Origin: Oculina patagonica
Taxonomy: Eukaryota
DNA: 64,000 nucleotides
Assembly: GCF_052425735.1 (NCBI RefSeq)
Contig: NC_135761.1
Location: 8,246,001 to 8,310,000, forward strand
Direction of reading: 5' to 3'
Shown here: positions 60,833 to 64,000 of the stretch, piece by piece
Layout: every line of letters starts with the position of its first letter
How positions within the stretch are numbered: the stretch's first letter is position 1
Translations under genes and position numbers: made by a program
Notes under the pieces: model-generated
The model's database searches: none
The model's input: the letters and a program-made list of their open reading frames with translations, nothing else
What the model was told of the DNA's origin: nothing

Positions 60833-61197
60833 GTTGACTAGACGCTTTGAAATTGAATAGAAATCTGAAGTTTCGATTGAATCTTGTCGGGGTTTTAACC
60901 GGTTGTAAATTAAAATATTTGGTGCTTTAAGAGGAGTGGAGAGTGAGTTGCTTTAAGTGTCGAGTATCTTAAAGAGGTGAATCGCTTAAAGGGTTTTTGC
61001 CTTCATTTAAATAGTGAAAAAACTGTTAAGTTCGTTAACCCATGCGGAGGCACGTATCAATGTTATTTCATTTTTACGTGGTTGATTCATAGTACAACTG
61101 CCTGTTTATACTCGCGGAGTCATGTATCATGAGTGTTTGATAGTACAACATTGTGTATACATGGCTCTTTTTGGATCCCCAGGGGGGGGGGGTCTTT

Positions 61198-61228
<31 letters not shown>

Positions 61229-62573
61229 GGGCTTTTTTAAAAAAAAAAAAAAAAATATTTTAAAAAAAATTTATTAAAATATGTGGATGGAACGTGACTG
61301 ATAAACAGTAGCAATCAACAATTTAGCGCCGAGTTGGCATGAATCCATTCCCTGGAGATATTCATAACGCCATATACCGCGTGAGATGAAAATTTTCAGG
61401 TGTTTATTTTTGCAATTGGATGGGATGACATTTTTGCGATTGATTTCCTACAGGGAACTGTTTTTGTACCCTTGTCCCAGAGATTTCCTCTTTTTTGATC
61501 TGGAAAAGATAAGAAAGAACGGTCTAGAAGAGGCGAGCTGTCAACGGTGCTTAAGAAACGTAGAATAACTTATACCAAAATATAATCACAATGCAAACAC
61601 GAGAGGGAGTTTGGGAGAATTCGAAATGTATGTTTTGCGATATGCAATATCAATTTTCAGTCGGGACGGAAGCAACTGGGCGCATGGGCCATGGAGACTG
61701 TGGTCATGTGGAGAATGAGGGGAATGGGAACTGGGACATGCAAGAACGGAACCACTTACCGCCCTGGCCAACCCTGAATTTTCTTCGCTGCCTTTATGGA
61801 TGTCTCTCCTTTGAAAGAAAATAGACCCCAGAACGAGGTTATAGACTGCAACAACGAAGGAAAAGAATCACGCCAGGAAACATTATGTTAAAGTGTATTT
61901 ATTTACTACTTAATATACCGCGAATGCCTTTTGAACACTTCGTTAAATGTACACACCAACTTAATTTAATGTTTCTACAATAATATACTTGGTGGTTGCT
62001 TGCTTTATCGTTACGAAAATATGTACAAATTTATACGTTCTTTTAAGGAAATTTTCCTCGAACTCATGTTTTTTTCTTTTATCAAGTTTGCGTTGTACAA
62101 AATAATTCAAATTTAAAAAAGACAAATATAAAAACATACAAAAATATATACTGAAAATAACAAAAACAAAAATATATATACTACTAATAATATATACTTA
62201 AAATAACTAATAATATATACTAAAAATAACATTAAAAAATTTCTATACTACTACTAATAATATATACTAAAAATAACTAATAATATATACCAAAATAACA
62301 TACAAAAAATATACTTGGCTTTGAAAAATTCACAAATGGACAAAGCACTCAATAAAGCGTCTCTTTGAAATTTAGCTAACTATTAAATACACGCGATTGG
62401 CATTTAGTATAAGAATATAACTGAAAAAAATGTGTTTTTTATAGTTAAAAAAAATTATGCTGTTTGCATTGTTATCATATTCAATTAATTTTTACTGGTA
62501 GAAAACGCACCAGTACAAATATCTTTAAATAAAATATACAAAATTTTATACATCTTTGAGCGGTAGATCCAAG

Positions 62574-62702
62574 GGTGGATAGCGCTATCCACCGGATAAA
62601 TCACTATCCAGTGGATAGCGTAGTTTGTTTTGTCAACACTTATCCACTGGATAGTGATTTATCCGGTGGATAACGTTATCCATCCTTGGAACAACTGGGG
62701 CC
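62574..62702. mobile_element. Palindromic MITE (GGATAGCGCTATCC type), left end truncated
   Basis: GTGGATAGCGCTATCCACCGGATAAATCACTATCCAGTGGATA is mirrored. Ends AACAACTGGGGCC. Confidence 0.7.
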
Positions 62703-62951
62703 GGAAGTGTGACGAAGAACTTGGGGTCGCATTTGTTACGTCACATCCAAATGTTGTCTTTGTAAACTTTGGCCACTCATGTTGTAACAACACAATTAAG
62801 CCTCGGGCGAGTACAGCGTCCTTTCATAGCTCTAGGCCGCTTTCGGCTTTCCTCAGGTTTGCATTATCACACTCAGATTACGACCCTTTACATTTAAAAT
62901 AATTTATTTTTAAGAAATAGTACGGTTAATAAAATGTGAATATTGAGACAT

Positions 62952-63401
62952 CTAGAACACTTCCCAGCTTTTCGGCTTTTTGGCCTCTTTCTTGGGCTTG
63001 AAGGTCAGGTCGTGTTGTCTGACTCGCTCTCGCGCCCGCTCTAGTTCAGCGATGGTCAGCGGATGGTCCAGAATGGTTCGAATGAGCTTGGCAAAGAACG
63101 GTATGTAGGACATAAAGCCAATAAAATCGATAAATCCTGCAAAACGAAAGAAAGAAAAAGAAATGAAGCGCATTGTTTGTTTACAAATCTGAACGTATTG
63201 AGAAATGCAAATGTGTTATCACGTGTTAAGCACGCGCCGTTTAGTGGACTTACCAAACTCATCACGTGCTCCTTCAAGCACCTCCTTAGCCGTCTGAAGG
63301 TCCGCCCCTATTTCCGTTTCCATGGCAGCAGACACCATAACTAGCAGCTCACCAGCATCCAGTCTATTGTCGTCATCTTCATCGATTGTTTTGAACATTT
63401 C
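62952..63401 (-). CDS. EF-hand protein, last two exons (5' part not resolved, probably outside the window)
   Basis: Exon 63401-63254 (EMFKTIDEDDDNRLDAGEL, EF loop D-x-D-x-D-N-x-L-D-x-x-E) and exon 63136-62952 (GFIDFIGFMSYIP..stop). GT-AG, phase 1. Confidence 0.7.
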
Positions 63402-64000
63402 CTTCAAAGAACGTACAATAAACCACTTATTAGGCGAAAGGATAAGTATTCGTGTGAATGTCTACAGTTCACCAGTGAAAAGAGCCTAATGAGCTGCAAG
63501 TCCCCTAAAGGCCCTCCCGTCTATTTAAGTACATTATTTTAGATGTTCTGCCTCTTTTGTCTAGCTGCTCAGCTCTGAGTTTTATCATTTTTCTTATCGA
63601 TCCACCTCTACGTCGGCGATGTTGGTTGATCTCAGTTTTATACCAGTAGTTCTACTAGTTGATTACTAGTAAATAATGGGGTTAGGGATAAGGGATCAAT
63701 ATTTAAAAAAATAGTGGTTCACCCAACGTTCCACGGGAAAGTGGAAGGGGGGACAGCAAATCCAGAGGCGAGAGCAAACAGTGAGGAGTAAAAAATAAAA
63801 TAAAATAAAAAAATGAGACAGAGGAGGGGGAATAGAGAAGTAGGGGAGGGTAGAGGATGGGGGGGGGGGGGGAGAACAAGGGAAGGGAGGTGCACCACTA
63901 TTAACCTAGAATAAAAAAAAAAAGTGAAACTAACTAGTAAAATAAAAAATTAACTGAGATCAAAAATTAACTGCAACAGCGACGTGTACCCTTGCCACTC

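Noticed and set aside
61181-61270. Adjacent poly-G, poly-T and poly-A runs
   Set aside because: Probably low-quality or homopolymer-error sequence. No function can be supported.

Overview
This is AT-rich, intron-containing animal DNA. The gene content and repeat families suggest an anthozoan cnidarian, probably a stony coral (inference). The left 35 kb is a cluster of six CTHRC1-like secreted-protein genes, labelled A-F here, in two classes. 'Long' genes B(-), C(+) and D(+) have a signal peptide, a Cys-rich linker, 18-19 Gly-X-Y triplets and the CTHRC1 C-terminal domain, with a TATA box just upstream. 'Short' genes A(-), E(+, frameshifted) and F(+) have no collagen, but all carry an RGD motif, an extra Cys and a basic linker. 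The cluster appears to be built from a duplicated long+short cassette: B-A is inverted head-to-head with C, C's short partner survives only as upstream sequence, then come D-E and the divergent F. Paralog differences in the C-terminal domain concentrate in three short loops. The right half holds a compact ANKRD11/12-like gene (-) with a full-length RTE LINE and a fold-back element in its introns, a head-to-head coactosin gene (COTL1, +), a divergent otopetrin-like membrane protein (-), and the 3' end of an EF-hand gene (-). Many non-autonomous DNA transposons are present. All exon models and difference counts were derived by hand and need RNA and alignment confirmation.
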